A stretch of 56,287 bases of DNA, the filler included, from Sluysia triapertura (lineage: Eukaryota), in NCBI GenBank assembly GCA_046118255.1. It is 4 parts of 4 records of this genome, joined end to end, with 100 filler letters (N's around TTAATTAATTAA, not from the genome) between each part and the next. Parts side by side here need not be neighbours in the genome. Positions count along the whole stretch, not along the records: positions 1 to 10,768 come from JBJNIA010193726.1; positions 10,869 to 23,259 come from JBJNIA010113864.1; 2 more parts are not named here. One strand, written 5' to 3'. Made by a program: the position numbers and the translations under genes. The notes under the pieces are model-generated. The model was given only the letters and a program-made list of their open reading frames with translations. It did no database searches and had not been told where the DNA came from. Shown in pieces: positions 1 through 12,815 of the stretch (the first letter of the stretch is position 1; each line of letters starts with the position of its first letter).

Positions 1-1389
1 TATATATAATTTAAAGTTCGACGATTTTCTCTTCTTTATGTAAATATGATTTTTTGAAAATAATTATATCCAGGTATGATACTTGGATTTAATGATTTGT
101 ATTTTAAGTAATAGTTTAACGCTACGCATTGAAATGAGGACCTTATTAATTATTAGCTTACTTTAATTACAACTTAAATGGATCGTCTGCAATAATATCC
201 GGAACAATTTCCGATCGAATGTATAATCTCTGGAACAGTTATCTTCTCGAATAAAACCGATAATAATTGAATTTCGAATAATAATCGATGCCAAAAGTAA
301 TCAAATCTTCAATTATATCTCTTCTTTAATAGTTATTCTAAGTTCTATAACTTGTTTTATTTTATTATGTACTATCAACTTACTTTTTTTGTTTTATCCT
401 GTACAAAATCAAACTTTATAAATTGGATGATTCAAATTGAACTTTAAACTATGAATAATTATTTGATTAATAAAGGTCAAAAATGAAAATAAAAAATAAT
501 AAGATTTCCGTACAAAATTCTTTTATTTACAAAAATAAATATTATTTTAATATTACAAAATTTTAAAATAAATTTTATTATTCACATATAAAAGTATTGA
601 ATTTTACAATTATTAGGAAATTTAGAAGTATAATTTTATTATTTACAATATTTATATTTATTACAAGATTGAAATATATTAAAAATAAAGTGTAATTTTA
701 TTATTTACATATGGATGCCCAATTTTATACAATAATCTACAAACAAATGATAAAATATTGCAAAATAATATTTCAAATGTTATGCAGCATGTTACTAATC
801 TTATGGAAATAACGCGTTTTATTTAAGACTTTTGTTGATAAGTTTTGAAGATGTTATATTTCAAGTTTATTAATAACTTCATTAAAAATTTTGATATTTT
901 CTCGCATGATTTTGATTTTTAAACCGTAAGGATATTACAAAATTATAAATATGACAATATATTTGTATACGTATAGAATTGAACCTGATTTTTGTGCTGT
1001 CGTTCCAGTTATTTTTTTTCGAGTTTATTGTGAAAAACAATCTAATTTATAACTTTAATTTTATGGCTGATAAATATAATTTGTTTAATAATATTATGCA
1101 TTTTTGTTTGTCATACAAGTAACTATAATATTGTATTGTATTTTAATTTGTCATAATAATTTTTCAATTAAATAATAATTCGTGTAATAATATTGTTCTT
1201 AAGTCAAACAAATGAATAATTCAAAAATGATAAAATCAATAATAACTCATTACAATAACTAATTTGTAACAATTAATGTCAAATTGTGTCTATACAGTAT
1301 TAATATCATAAATAATAATGTAAAATTGAAATTTCAAAGTTTGCAATTTTTCTCTGTACTGAATTTTCACCCTTTAATTATTCAGTTTT

Positions 1390-1860
1390 CATTATATGAT
1401 GTCTTCCTATAATCAGATTTCTTTTCTATTTTTTACTAACCAATTCAACTCCCTAATAATTTATATTTTTTGGACCTTATACTATGGCTATATAGCCAAT
1501 AGTAGTTTTGGTAAACTATTTTTATGTATTATTTTTCGTACTATGTAGTTTATTCATGTATATCTGCCTTGATAATTAGTATTTGTGTCTGTTATTATTC
1601 ATTTTTTAGTGGATTTACTATTTTATTTTTGACTACTTTTGATCCGTAATATTTCTGGATTTTCTAGTTATTTTCAACAATATTTGAAAACAATTTTTAG
1701 AGGTCTAATATAGAAAGGGCTGTATATGAAGATTTTGTGTTTTATAATTGATAGTCCACGGATGCTTTTAAATTTACAATGGTTTTGCTAATCTTTGTAC
1801 TAGTTAAAAACTTCAGTTTCCATATTTTTCCTTCCATATTCGGTCTTCCTTTCAGAGTAT
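1390..1860 (-). mobile_element. Highly decayed pogo/Tigger-like (CENP-B HTH) transposase relic
   Basis: Minus-strand fragments KGRP..METEVFN*YKD, LKAS and KNRKEI*L*EDII echo the pogo HTH (E..V..W), FKAS.GW and N.KAWM motifs in the right order. Many stops and frameshifts; no TIRs resolved. Confidence 0.3.
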
Positions 1861-3959
1861 AATTTTTACTTATGCAAAACAAATTAAATTATATTGCATA
1901 AACATTAAAGGAAATTATTGACATAATTGTGGCAAAAGTGGAAAATAAAGGCATATCTTTTGCTTTCGAAAATAGCATTAACCTTCATGCTGTGATCGGA
2001 AAGATTTAATCAAATTTCATGCAATGTTCGCAGAATTATTTAATTATACCATTACTATCGATTACTATTTGTATAATTAGTTGTAAAATAATTGTATATT
2101 TTATATACTTGTTTTTATACTTCAGGTAGATACTATCTTTTTTCTAAAGGCTACTTCATTTTTATGTCTATGATTTAAGCTATTAAGTAGCCTTATTAAC
2201 ATTTGTTACTTTTCATAATCTCGAGTTCTAACATAATTTGTATAATATTTGCAAAGATGTGGCATTTAATACAATGCTTGTCCAATATATAACAGTATAT
2301 GTTAATGTGATTAATTATATTTAAATGAATTAGCAACAGTATAATCTTTTAAAATCTAATAGGTATCGAATTAATTTAACTCATTTTAGTATATAATTTA
2401 CAAATTGAATATATTATGTCATATTAATTTATCTTAAAGTATTCACTGAAACTTTGTTTTTTATATTTTATAAAGTCACTTAGATTTGTTCAAAAGTAAA
2501 ATTAATTGATTTAACCAATTATGTCAAATTTTGGAGTTTTATCTTTATATTTGTATTTTCCGCCCTGCTTGTGATATTGATCATGGAAATGTATTATGAA
2601 AAAGAATTTACTGAACTTTTTAACCTGATTCATCGAAATATTATTTTGATATCAAAGATCATGCTTTAATATTACGCTCATTAATATTTAACTATATTTG
2701 AAAGTAAATGCAAGAAGCAATAAATTTTTCTTCAATACTTTATTTCCACTTGAATTCGAAGTGAAGTATTCTTTAATTATAAAAAAAACTTAAGGAATAT
2801 TTAAAGATACAAAAGTATTAATAAATGCCTACAAATTTTAATAACAAAATATTTTACTAAAATTAAGGTTCGCAGAACACCACGAAAGAAGCCTTGTTTA
2901 AGATTAATTGCACTTGTAGTATTAGTATTAATAGCCTAATATATTAAGACTATTATATTAAGAATGGCGAGCTTTGGTTATAGTGGTGTTTTAGGAGTAA
3001 ATATGATCGTGTACACTGCATAAATTATATTCAAAATTGTTAGAAGAAAAATATTCGTTAATAAAAATAAATATATTATTATAACCACATTAGAATACAA
3101 TGAAACATTAATTTTTTTAATTGTAAATTATATTTAAAATGTCTTAAATGAACGTGTTATAATATTTAAAATTATTCTAAAATGTGTTAAAACTATTTCT
3201 TCTAAAATTACTGTGGTCCAATTTATAAGATGTCAATAATTGGTACTTATTAACAAACAAAATAAGCACCTGAAGATAAAATTATTTTGCTCTTATCATG
3301 AATAAGTTTGATTTTATAGTAATTTTATTTACATGTTATGAATAGGTAACTAAGATTTTTAAAAATTTATAGCAAGCAATTAAAATATTATAATCACATT
3401 AATAAATTTGATAATAATCTATGAAGGTAAAAATCCAGTTTTTTTAGTTTTATTTATACGGAGCAATGGTGAATTTTGTATTTTTGAAATGTCAATCATA
3501 AGAAATAAAAATTGATGATAATTATTAAGAGGTTATCAAGTAATTATTGACAGTAATTATTAAATATCTAAATTTACATAATTTTTTAAAAACCCTTCAA
3601 TGTCAGGGTAATTCAACACGAAATGGAGTTACTAGTTCGTAATATTCACACTGAATGATTCTGATATGTAGTATGGCTGTCGAACATGATTGAGGTAAAT
3701 TTGAAGAAATTTCCATTAATGTTTCCATTCTATTTATTTATTTATTTAGTATTCTTAATACTAACAAGTGATTAGTAAATACATTTATTTATTTGTACTT
3801 TATTGATGTTCTGATGAATAGGACAAAATGAATCAAACTGAATTTCAATGAACACTCAACGATCATGGTAAACGATATGAACAGAGTGTAAATATAAGTT
3901 GTTCCAGAACCAATTTTAAAAATTAAAAGAAAAAATTTTCAAAAGAAATTTTTAAGTTT

Positions 3960-5503
3960 TATAATAATTACTCACTATTGTTACTGTCATAATTGAACAT
4001 CTTCAAAATATTGAATATTCAATTATTTAACTCAATATTATGTGGTCGTATGCTTTAATGGTCCCATAACCAAAAAACAGATGATCTTTCGTATATTTGA
4101 AAAATGACTACTACTGAGCCAAACGTTTATTTGAATCAATCTCCACTTGAGTAGCATAATGTGGAAAAGCACCATATTTTAATAATTGTCTCTAACATTA
4201 TCAAAGGAATTATATTTTATACAAAATGTATATTTTTACGTAATTGTTTGAATTCATTTATTCAATTTTATGTATTTTATGGTATTTTATGAGTCACATA
4301 AATTTATGATCGCATAAATTTTATGGATCACACACTAAGACAATACCAGAAAACATCAATCTTCATTATAAGACCTGGACAAAAATCCATTTGTACTGAG
4401 AAGAAATACTATTAAAATACTATTAAAACTTTCAATTTAATAATGAAAGATTAATGAGCGTTTTTTTATTTTTCAAATTTGCCTTCTAAACAAAATTTTT
4501 TCTTCCAGAAATATTTAGTTGATGCAAATGTTGTGGGTTAATTGGTTTAATTAGATTAATGGTATAAAAAGTCTGTATCTTTACGTTATCATTTTTAGTA
4601 GTGAAATTGAAAACTTGATTATCAAACTTCTTTAGTTTAAATTTAATATCAACATGTATACTTGAATTAAAAATTACAAGATAAGAATATAGAAGTATCA
4701 GAATACATTTATTAGAGCCAAATATAAAAACGAAACACTTATTAACTAAAATACAATTGCGGATATTATTCACAATGTTTCTGTTTCCTAGATTGTAGGT
4801 TAACAAACAATAATTGATTATCAAGAATCAATATTACTTTGGACTTGTTATTCGAATACATAGTTAGTTGAGTTGTGTTCCATATAGTTCTCTTTATGTG
4901 TTGGAAAACTGGTTTTGCTGAAATTTAGAATGGTTTTTACTAGACCTTGAATACGTTGGACATGTTCGTATAAGGCTGATATATTATTACCAACGTGACT
5001 AATTTGATCGATGAGGATCCAAATATAATACATTTCCCGGACTCGTCAGATTGGAATGGATATTGTAATGATTTGAACTCGTTGTGATTTTCTACAGTAT
5101 TGGTTTTATCAATGTGAGTTTCGACGATATGGTGGGAAATATTTGTTGAAGGATGCATAATACTAAGCTTTCCAAATACATTTACATTTTCATCAGCAAA
5201 ATTAGGCAATAATTTTCTAAAGCATAGATTAGTTTTCAATATTTTAAGATATATTGTAGAGTTATTTGTGGAAATAATTTTATTGATAACGCTGCATATA
5301 TTAGGTTGTTTCATCATTAGTAACCTGGTCGATTTTCTTGTAAAATTTTCAATTATGATAAATATAGATCTATCTTGATTATCATCATTATCTTGTTCAT
5401 CTAATGAAATACTATCGATAAAAGTGAATCCTTGATCTAATGTGGATTGGCCAATGTCTTGTGTAGGAATGTATCCAACTTGTCTGTTAACATTGTTACA
5501 AAT
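3960..5503 (-). mobile_element. Decayed non-LTR retrotransposon (CR1/L2-like) ORF1 with SGNH-like domain, possibly followed by endonuclease remnants
   Basis: The 4940-5317 ORF frame is open from ~5503. Successive frames give KCIIFGSSSIK (cf. IGDS.IK), ISHVGNNIS (cf. HVGTND) and HLHQLNISGRKNFV (cf. DGLHLN..G..LA), in SGNH order. Weak APE-like fragments follow. Lies antisense within the EHD intron. Confidence 0.4.
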
Positions 5504-6178
5504 TTACGTAATAGTCTCTTTGGGGAATTAAACTAAATTCATCAAATTTTGCCACGGAGATTAATGTTGTAGGCACTAGCAGCCATGAATCACTACACTT
5601 TAAAAAATACATTATACGAGATCTTTTAAAATACATCGTTTATGTTAATATAGCTTGTAATCGAAAACTAAGTCGTTCATTAAATGCAAAATTAGCGTAA
5701 TTAAAAAAATATTCAGATTTTCACATTCGTTGTAAACACCTAATTCATCCACAACACTTTGACGATTTTTCAACATGTGATTTTTATCTAACAAACATTC
5801 TAAATAATGAGAATTTTTCCAAAATTTACCATGTATTTCGAAAAGTTAATGTTTAATACTGAAATTAGGATTTCACTATAGTTTTATGATATAAAGAATT
5901 TATTTTTTGTTTCAAATTTTTACGCTTGTCTGAATTTTTTACAATAATTAATTTTTAAAATCTCATTGAATCTTGCACATTCTTTTCATCATTTCTATTC
6001 GTTTATTTTTATTGAGCAGATGTTCTACAACACTATGGTTGGCTGACCAATAGACGTGTAAGTATAATAAGTTACGAATCGTTGTATTAAGAGAAGGTAC
6101 TATTGATCGGTTAGTAATGCACAAATTATCATCATGTGTATGTGCTTACTACTCTCAAAACAACTAAATCCAGTTATA

Positions 6179-6253
6179 CAACTGTCAGCAATTGACAGTA
6201 AATACGATAGCAACAGTTTTATTTAAATTAAAACTGTCAATTGCTGGCAGTTG
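6179..6253. repeat. 21-bp inverted repeat with nested palindromes
   Basis: caactgtcagcaattgacagt (6179-6199) matches the reverse complement of 6233-6253 at 20/21, with a 33-nt spacer. Inner acagtttta/taaaactgt pair also present. Confidence 0.85.
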
Positions 6254-6882
6254 CTAATATAGATTTCTTAAAGTACATACTGATGGCAACATACAGTCAA
6301 CTAATAATTAAATAATAATAATGAAAAGAAAATGATAATAATAATGAAAACAAGATAAAATGCATAAACATTTTACTTTCTTGAAACACAATTTTTCTTA
6401 TATTTAAAAACAAATATAAATATTTCTTAACATAAAATTTTCTTGAGGTTAAATTAATAAAATTCTTTTCTTTCATTACTTCAGTTCTTATCATTTATTT
6501 TCTTGTTGAATTCTTTTTTAAAAAATGATTTAAATGAAGTTCTTGTTGAATTAGATTAACTTTAATGTATGAGTTTAATGTTTTTCGATTATATGAAAGT
6601 TTGTGAACTTGAAATGTTTTGGGTTAATTTTGAAGTAGATATTTGATGATCTGAGATATAATTGTGGTTCTAATGTTGTGGGATAATGAATAATATTTTA
6701 AATGAACATTGATGGTTTTGAATGTAAATATGGTTTGGATGTTGAAAGATTGTGAATTTAAATGTTTTAAAGTATGAAAAGGTTCTCATAGATATGAGTA
6801 GGTAAAAAAATGTAAATGTTAAAACATGTGATATTGCAAATAAAAATTAATTTGAATCTTAAATTAAAGGTTGGCCACCACA
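6240..6882 (-). mobile_element. Dispersed LTR-like repeat, copy 1 (starts TGTGGTGGCCAAC)
   Basis: The reverse complement aligns in blocks with 20698-21370: shared 5' end TGTGRTGGCCAAC, 'accatcaat..catt', 'ccaaaacatttcaa.ttca', 'ctg.ca.ca.t.gaca.ttt'. A TG start is typical of LTRs (inference). Confidence 0.6.
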
Positions 6883-7032
6883 GCAAAAACCAATATTCTA
6901 CTACATATTTTGAAGTACTTTTTTGACTGGACACTATTTGATGTTAAAGCTTTAATGAAAACTATTCATTAATGTGATAATACTTATTACTTTTGGTAGG
7001 TTTCACTTAATGCTTGTAAAATATTATTTTAG

Positions 7033-7191
7033 GATTATTCGGAAACAACTACGGTAGCTCCACGTGTTAAAGGTGGTGCATTTGATGTGCAAGCAGATAA
7101 TTTATTTGGTATTGGTGCTAGTGAAGGTATCAACAAGGGCAGATTTGATGAAGAGTGGGTAATTGGTCAAAAACGATATGAATACGATGAG
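7033..7191 (+). CDS. EHD: EH-domain-containing protein (EHD/RME-1/Past1 family), penultimate exon
   Basis: ttttag acceptor at 7031-32; 53 codons DYSETTTVAPRVKGGAFDVQADNLFGIGASEGINKGRFDEEWVIGQKRYEYDE; GT donor at 7192. Matches the EHD linker VKGGAFD...EWVV...YDE. Not in the ORF track. Confidence 0.93.
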
Positions 7192-8330
7192 GTTATTTAT
7201 TTAATTACCATAAACATCATTTTTAATTAGATACCAATTTAAAGTACATTTTAAATTTTGAACAATCTGTAGATCCAGGATAATTTTACAATAATGATAT
7301 TTAGTGAGATTTCCGCAACATAAATGTTTTTATGAACTAAATTTTCTCACCTTGACCCAAATTGCAATAAAAAATTTTCTGTTTCTGAGAAATAAAAGTA
7401 AATTTTTTAATTCCTTTTGTATTAATGTTACGATTACATTTTATTTTATGAGTTTGATGAAGTTGTAATATTTTATCGTAATTACTTTGTATATATTTAT
7501 CAATTGGAACTGTGTCCAATTAGTCTATAAATCAAGGAGTTTAGTTGAAATCAGTTCATTTATCACACGAAGGTATATTTAATAGGAGAAAATGAAACTG
7601 ATGAAAATAAATACAAATATACTTAAAATGGCGACCACATATATAATTCTTTTATTCAATAAATTTTTTTAAGTAATTTTTTTAAAATTATTTTAAGTAA
7701 TAATTTATTTGCAGAGTTTTTAGTAGTCAATATCAAATTGTTTTGTGTCAACAACTTGTAAATACAAAATTGTAAAACGTATGACTACAAGGCTATTCTG
7801 AATATCTCAATTTTTTGGGTTTATGCAAAGCTCCACCGTATATAGTATTTTTCGCTGTTATTGTATTATTGTTTTATTATTAATTTTATTTAATATTGGT
7901 TTGGCCTTATATTTTATTTAATATTTCCTAGTGGTAGTCTGTTCGTTTATAAAGGTCTGTGTATTTGCTTTTTCATTTCCATTTTTATAAAATCGTGTAC
8001 TTTTTTCTTTCTTAATTTCAAAAAGTTTAAGCTACTGAGATTACTAAGACATTGTAGTTTCATTTTATTGAGATTTATTTTAAATATGTTCATAGTGTAT
8101 TTCAAAGTTATTATATTTTCCTGCCTTTGATTTTCTTTAGATTTAAATTTATTAAAGTAATTTAAGTTAATAAAAATAAATTACAATTTTATTAATTAAT
8201 GATACAATTGCAATTGAAGTCTCAATAAATGAAAGATATAAACTAAAAAATAATAAAAAACAATTTAAAGTATTATCAAATTTTTAGTTCCTCATTTTCA
8301 TTTATGATTTATTTTTAATATTAATTACAG

Positions 8331-8657
8331 ATATTTAAAACATTAAATCCTATTAACGGTAAATTAAGTGGTTCTGCTGCTAAGGATTACATGATTCGAA
8401 CTAAATTACCCTATAACGTACTAGGAAAAATTTGGAAGTTATCAGATGTAGATCAAGATGGTATGTTAGATGCAGATGAGTTTGCATTAGCTAGTTATCT
8501 GATGGCTTTAAAATTAGACGGAGAAGAAATCCCGAACAAATTGCCAGAGCACTTAATACCACCGTCTAAACGAGATAATATTAAAGAAGTTAACCATTTA
8601 ATATACAATGGTGAAATAGCCAGTGGTGAAATGAGCAATAACTCAACATTATCCTAA
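8331..8657 (+). CDS. EHD: EHD family, last exon encoding the EH domain
   Basis: tacag acceptor at 8330, phase 0, in frame with the previous exon: IFKTLNPINGKLSG..AK..M..TKLP.NVLGKIWKLSDVDQDGMLDADEFALA..L...KL.G.E.P..LP.HLIPPSKR. TAA at 8655-57. Upstream ATPase exons were not found in the window. Confidence 0.96.
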   Translation: MFKTLNPINGKLSGSAAKDYMIRTKLPYNVLGKIWKLSDVDQDGMLDADEFALASYLMALKLDGEEIPNKLPEHLIPPSKRDNIKEVNHLIYNGEIASGEMSNNSTLS

Positions 8658-8753
8658 CAACTCGATTATTTATCAATTCAAAAATTTCATCAAGGACAGT
8701 ATTTAAAACACTGGAAAAATCTCATTTTAAATCATACTTTTAATAATTCGAGG

Positions 8754-8755
<2 letters not shown>

Positions 8756-8814
<59 letters not shown>

Positions 8815-8815
8815 T
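8756..8815. repeat. (ATT)n microsatellite, ~19 units, in the EHD 3' region
   Basis: Seen directly. Confidence 0.97.
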
Positions 8816-9861
8816 TAATTATGGTAATTTTATTTGTATCATTTTAGTTTCGAATGAATGTTTGATTTTTTTTACATTTTTTGTGTTTAAATGCTCAGAA
8901 TTAATTTAATTTTTTGGTTTTCCTGTAAATTCAATTACATTATAGATTAATCTAGTAATAAAACTGGATTAAGTAGGTGGAGTGACACTAATTTAATTTA
9001 TATGCTTTTCTATCTCATATAAGCATTAAAGGTTGAAGACTTCTTCAATTAATATATATAATATATATTGCAAAGTATATTTTCTATATTTACTTTTTAA
9101 ATTAAAATTAAATTTAGTGCGTTAACGCTAAACGTACGACTACCGGTCAAATGACAAATATTATGAAATTGTATTGTTGTTTATCATTTTATAATGACTT
9201 CAAAACATTTTATTTTGTAGGTTATTTACAAAAAGAAGTTGTTAGTCGAAATTTTGGTTTGAGTAAAACGCTTAACCACAAATCATTTGACTAAAGTTTG
9301 CCAAAATAATCTTTCATGTGTGAGTTACTAGACTTGCCACAAAAAACAACGATATTGCGATATTAAATAAGCTATTTACTGTAATTTAGTATAACAATTA
9401 CGTAATTCATGAAGACGATTATATCAATAATCACAATAACGATACAATTACAGAAATAACTATATGATATTAAAATTAATAAGTGTCAGTTATAATATAA
9501 CTTAATTATTATGGAATTATTATTTATCACATTTATATTTTATTCCAAACTCAATATAAAATAAATTATAATTTAGCTAATAAATAGAAAGAAAAATACA
9601 TTCATGCAACAAATTGTGCTAAATTTAAAGTGGAAATTCCTTCCGAATTAATTTTAATAACAAAAGCAATATTTGAAATTCAACTTTAAAAAGGCAGTAA
9701 ATTAAATACATTGGCGATAAAAATATAATTTAAAAAATATGAATGAAAAACTAAAATAAAGAATCCCAAAAACTAGTAAAATAATGATTACTAAAAAATA
9801 AAATTTTATTTTAAGCATGGATCCTATTTTTCGTAGCGTAATCATTAACTACTCACTTTTA

Positions 9862-10150
9862 TACTTTCATTATCCAAACTCTAGAGTTTTACAATCAAAC
9901 ATTCTCTTACACAAATCATTTGAACATCCTTAGAGGATTAGGCAGACAATGACAATTTCCATTTACATGGAATAATCTATCAAACTTTATCAGATAAGAA
10001 ACAAAACATTTGTGCAAAATGTTATAAGACAAGATTCGCCTATAGTAGATATCTAATACCGAATAGTAGGTAAATTGAACTTTTAAAACATAAATAATTA
10101 TGAGGTTACTTTTGTTGGGATTGGTGAAGAATAATGGTAGATGTAAGGGT
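9862..10150 (+). mobile_element. Decayed Ty3/gypsy integrase fragment (HHCC zinc finger plus first catalytic Asp region)
   Basis: With frameshifts: LQSNILLHKSFEHP*RIRQTMTI / FTWNNLSNFIR / CAKCYKTR, then *RIMVDV (cf. H...HPG..T..TI...F.W..L.....C..C...K and PW..V.VD). Confidence 0.55.
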
Positions 10151-10768
10151 CAAAACTAAGAATTCAACATTATTAAATGTTGAACTGCAATGGTGATGTA
10201 ATCACGGGAAATATTTAAATCGAAATAAAATAATGAAAGATACGAAAAAATAACCATGTAGAAGGTTTTATTTGTTAAAACATTAAAGTACATTATACAT
10301 TAACTTAATTAAAATTTATTTAATTAAATAACTTAATAGAAATGTTTACTCATGATATAAAAATGTTAAATTTAGTGAATAATGATGAGTTTTATTATTG
10401 GTTTTAATGAAGAAGGATTGCGAAGCACGTCAACGTAGATAACGTGAAAATTAGTTATTTTAATTAATTTTGTAATTTAAAATTAAAGATGAAAGATGTT
10501 CTAATGTCTAGGTATTAATAAAGTATATCAAATTGATGCTTATAAAGATACTAGTTCAAATATTTTATTCAACTTGACGTGCGACGTACGGTTGACGCAT
10601 AATATTCCTGTGAGGAATGGATTTATTATTTTATAAATTTTATTTCAGATTAAGTTGATAAATTACATTATTGGTATAATAGCAATATAATAATGATTTT
10701 AAATTTTGATTAGGTGAAATTAAGAAGATAAGAGGATTGTTGACCATAAATCCTATTATCATTAGATA

Positions 10769-10868
10769 NNNNNNNNNNNNNNNNNNNNNNNNNNNNNNNN
10801 NNNNNNNNNNNNTTAATTAATTAANNNNNNNNNNNNNNNNNNNNNNNNNNNNNNNNNNNNNNNNNNNN
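10769..10868. other. Artificial sequence-joining spacer N44-TTAATTAATTAA-N44
   Basis: Exactly 100 nt; the 12-mer has stops in all six frames; identical copies at 23260 and 40983. Confidence 0.97.
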
Positions 10869-11025
10869 GGATTTAATGAGGAGAAACTTTAATAAATGAA
10901 AATTGAGAAGTTCTAATTTTATTGTTAGTTGGGGTGCGCCTTATATATTGATGCGCCTTATACGTGGATTTTGCAGAGAAAAAGTGATTTTTGAAGGGGT
11001 TCACCTTATAGGTCGAAAAATGCGG
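10869..11025. mobile_element. Terminus of a Tc2/pogo-type Tc1-mariner DNA transposon (rest lost at the spacer)
   Basis: Repeated subterminal tgcgccttata motifs; end ...ccttataggtcgaaaaatgcgg|TA, whose reverse complement TA|CCGCATTTTTCGACCTATAAGG resembles the Tc2-type CCGTATTTTTCG..CTATAAG TIR. Confidence 0.7.
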
Positions 11026-11139
11026 TATTCAAAATTACGTTACAAACGATTCAAAAATATTAAAAATTTTGTAAATAATAAAAAACACAACTACTAACAA
11101 TAGAAAATAATGAAAGCGCATAAAAATTTTATTTCAGTA

Positions 11140-11520
11140 ATATAATGAACAAATCAAGATTTTAAAAGTTCATAATAGTTGCCGAATATATATCCTTTGT
11201 AACTCACCATATTCTGATTCTTCAAATATGTCAAAAAGTATTTTGATTCTTTGCATGAAACTGCTTCTCCTTCATTGTTTTCTGAATAGAGCATTTGATG
11301 ATGAAAATTATATATCGAATAGAAATAGATAAATTCAAACTTGAAATAAGCTATAAAATTTATTAAAGAATTTATCGACTCATAGCTTAAAACTAAGTTA
11401 ATAAAACGATACGCCTGTAACATCAATTAATATTTTAATTTAATTCAAACACCAATGTGATATTCGATCTTCAGCTGATGTAAACATTATGTACGCCAAA
11501 GGTGCACCCAACACATTTAA
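11140..11520 (-). pseudogene. Decayed coding fragment, weakly TBC/RabGAP-like
   Basis: One frame reads LNVLGAPLAYIMFTSAEDRISHWCL (cf. GMNVL.APFLY....E..AFWCF) and GVSFY*LSFKL*VDKFF...YLFLFD (cf. QFAFRW...L...LWD), with several in-frame stops. Confidence 0.35.
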
Positions 11521-12329
11521 TAATAATTATATTAATAACTTAATTAATAGTTATGGTAATTTGATCGTCTACATTGTGTGATCGTCTTAAAAACATTTCG
11601 TAATAAATAAATCACTTTTAATAAAAGATTATATTCATTGCTCAGTATTTGCTTCTAAATATAATGATATATAATTTTAACAGATTAAAAAATTAATAAT
11701 TATTAAAAAATCAATGATTAAATAATATGAGAAATGGAATGGTTGGAATAAGAAAATTAATGTCAGTAATATCTAAATTCAAAGAAAGAATATATCAAAA
11801 CAAGATTTTCTTTCAATTTTTCGTTCTGACTACTTATGCACGATTATTATCCCAATGGGTTTGTACAGTATGTTTTGTTTATATATTCAATTTACATAGT
11901 TATTATATGTTTTCGTATAAGCATTTTTTAAAAATACTACAGTTTGAAGGTATAACAATAAGATGTAGCTTATCCATTACTACAGAGGATTTTAAAGTCC
12001 ATGAATTTTGTTTTCAACGACAGTATTATAATTTATTAATATCAATTAGTATGTTAAATTTATTGTTTGTCTTTATTACATTTACTCGTAGAAATTTAAT
12101 CGTTACTATTATTTTATACTATATCTATTTGATGTTATTGCACAAATAAAAACGTACTTTGTTGTTTTGAAGTTATTAATTTTGACAGGCCTTAAGCCTG
12201 GTTTGTTGAAAGTTTTATGATTAAAATTAAATTGTTTTTATTTTGTTAATATTTTAAATTTTAATAAAAAATTAAAATTAATTATAATTTATTGACATTG
12301 AATTAATACTTCACTTCCATTCATACACA

Positions 12330-12762
12330 ACTTCCTTCTGTTATTCGTTGTAATTCAAATGATGCAGTAGCGTAAAGTCCATTTCGTTTACCTTTTTTGT
12401 TGTAAAATAAATAACTTCATTATTTTTAATTTTTAGTTGAAATTGGGTTTGATCATTTATTTTGTTAATAGTGAGATTTCTCATATCGCCAATTTCAATT
12501 CGATAATGGACTTGACCAGGTGTATTTAGATCTTTAATCAAAATATGTGATCCAGCAAATATAATCTGATTTCAAATATAGTTGATTTCAAAGTATATTG
12601 AGCACAAAGTGAAAATTCACTTACTTCTATTTCTGTAGTAACATCGAATGTTGAACATACATGCGCAAATATACTTTGTAATGCAGAATCGAAATTGACT
12701 AAAATTGTCATGCATTTCTTTTCGGCATAAATTGTGCATTTAAAATTACGAATACTTTTCAT
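12330..12762 (-). mobile_element. Decayed Ty3/gypsy pol fragment (protease to start of RT)
   Basis: ILVNFDSALQS (protease-like), DLNTPGQVHYRIEIGD (cf. LG.T..V.H.I.TGD), and across a frameshift KRNG-LRYCI (cf. KKDGSLRLCID). Confidence 0.5.
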
Positions 12763-12815
12763 TATTGTTTCTACTTCATAAAAGAATAAGAAGGAAGGTT
12801 GATAATAAAGATACT

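Noticed and set aside
9122-9160. TTAA-CGCTAAACGTACG...GGTCAAATGAC as a piggyBac-like left end
   Set aside because: No matching right end or second TTAA found.
10813-10824. TTAATTAATTAA as a conserved regulatory palindrome
   Set aside because: Always centred in N44/N44; a synthetic linker.
11727-12149. 140-aa ORF and similar F/I/L/Y/K/N-rich ORFs (6297, 14514, 20742, 22962, 31360, 35912, 49247, 52790)
   Set aside because: Composition reflects AT-rich or strand-biased repeat DNA; no motifs or splice support; several lie inside identified repeats.
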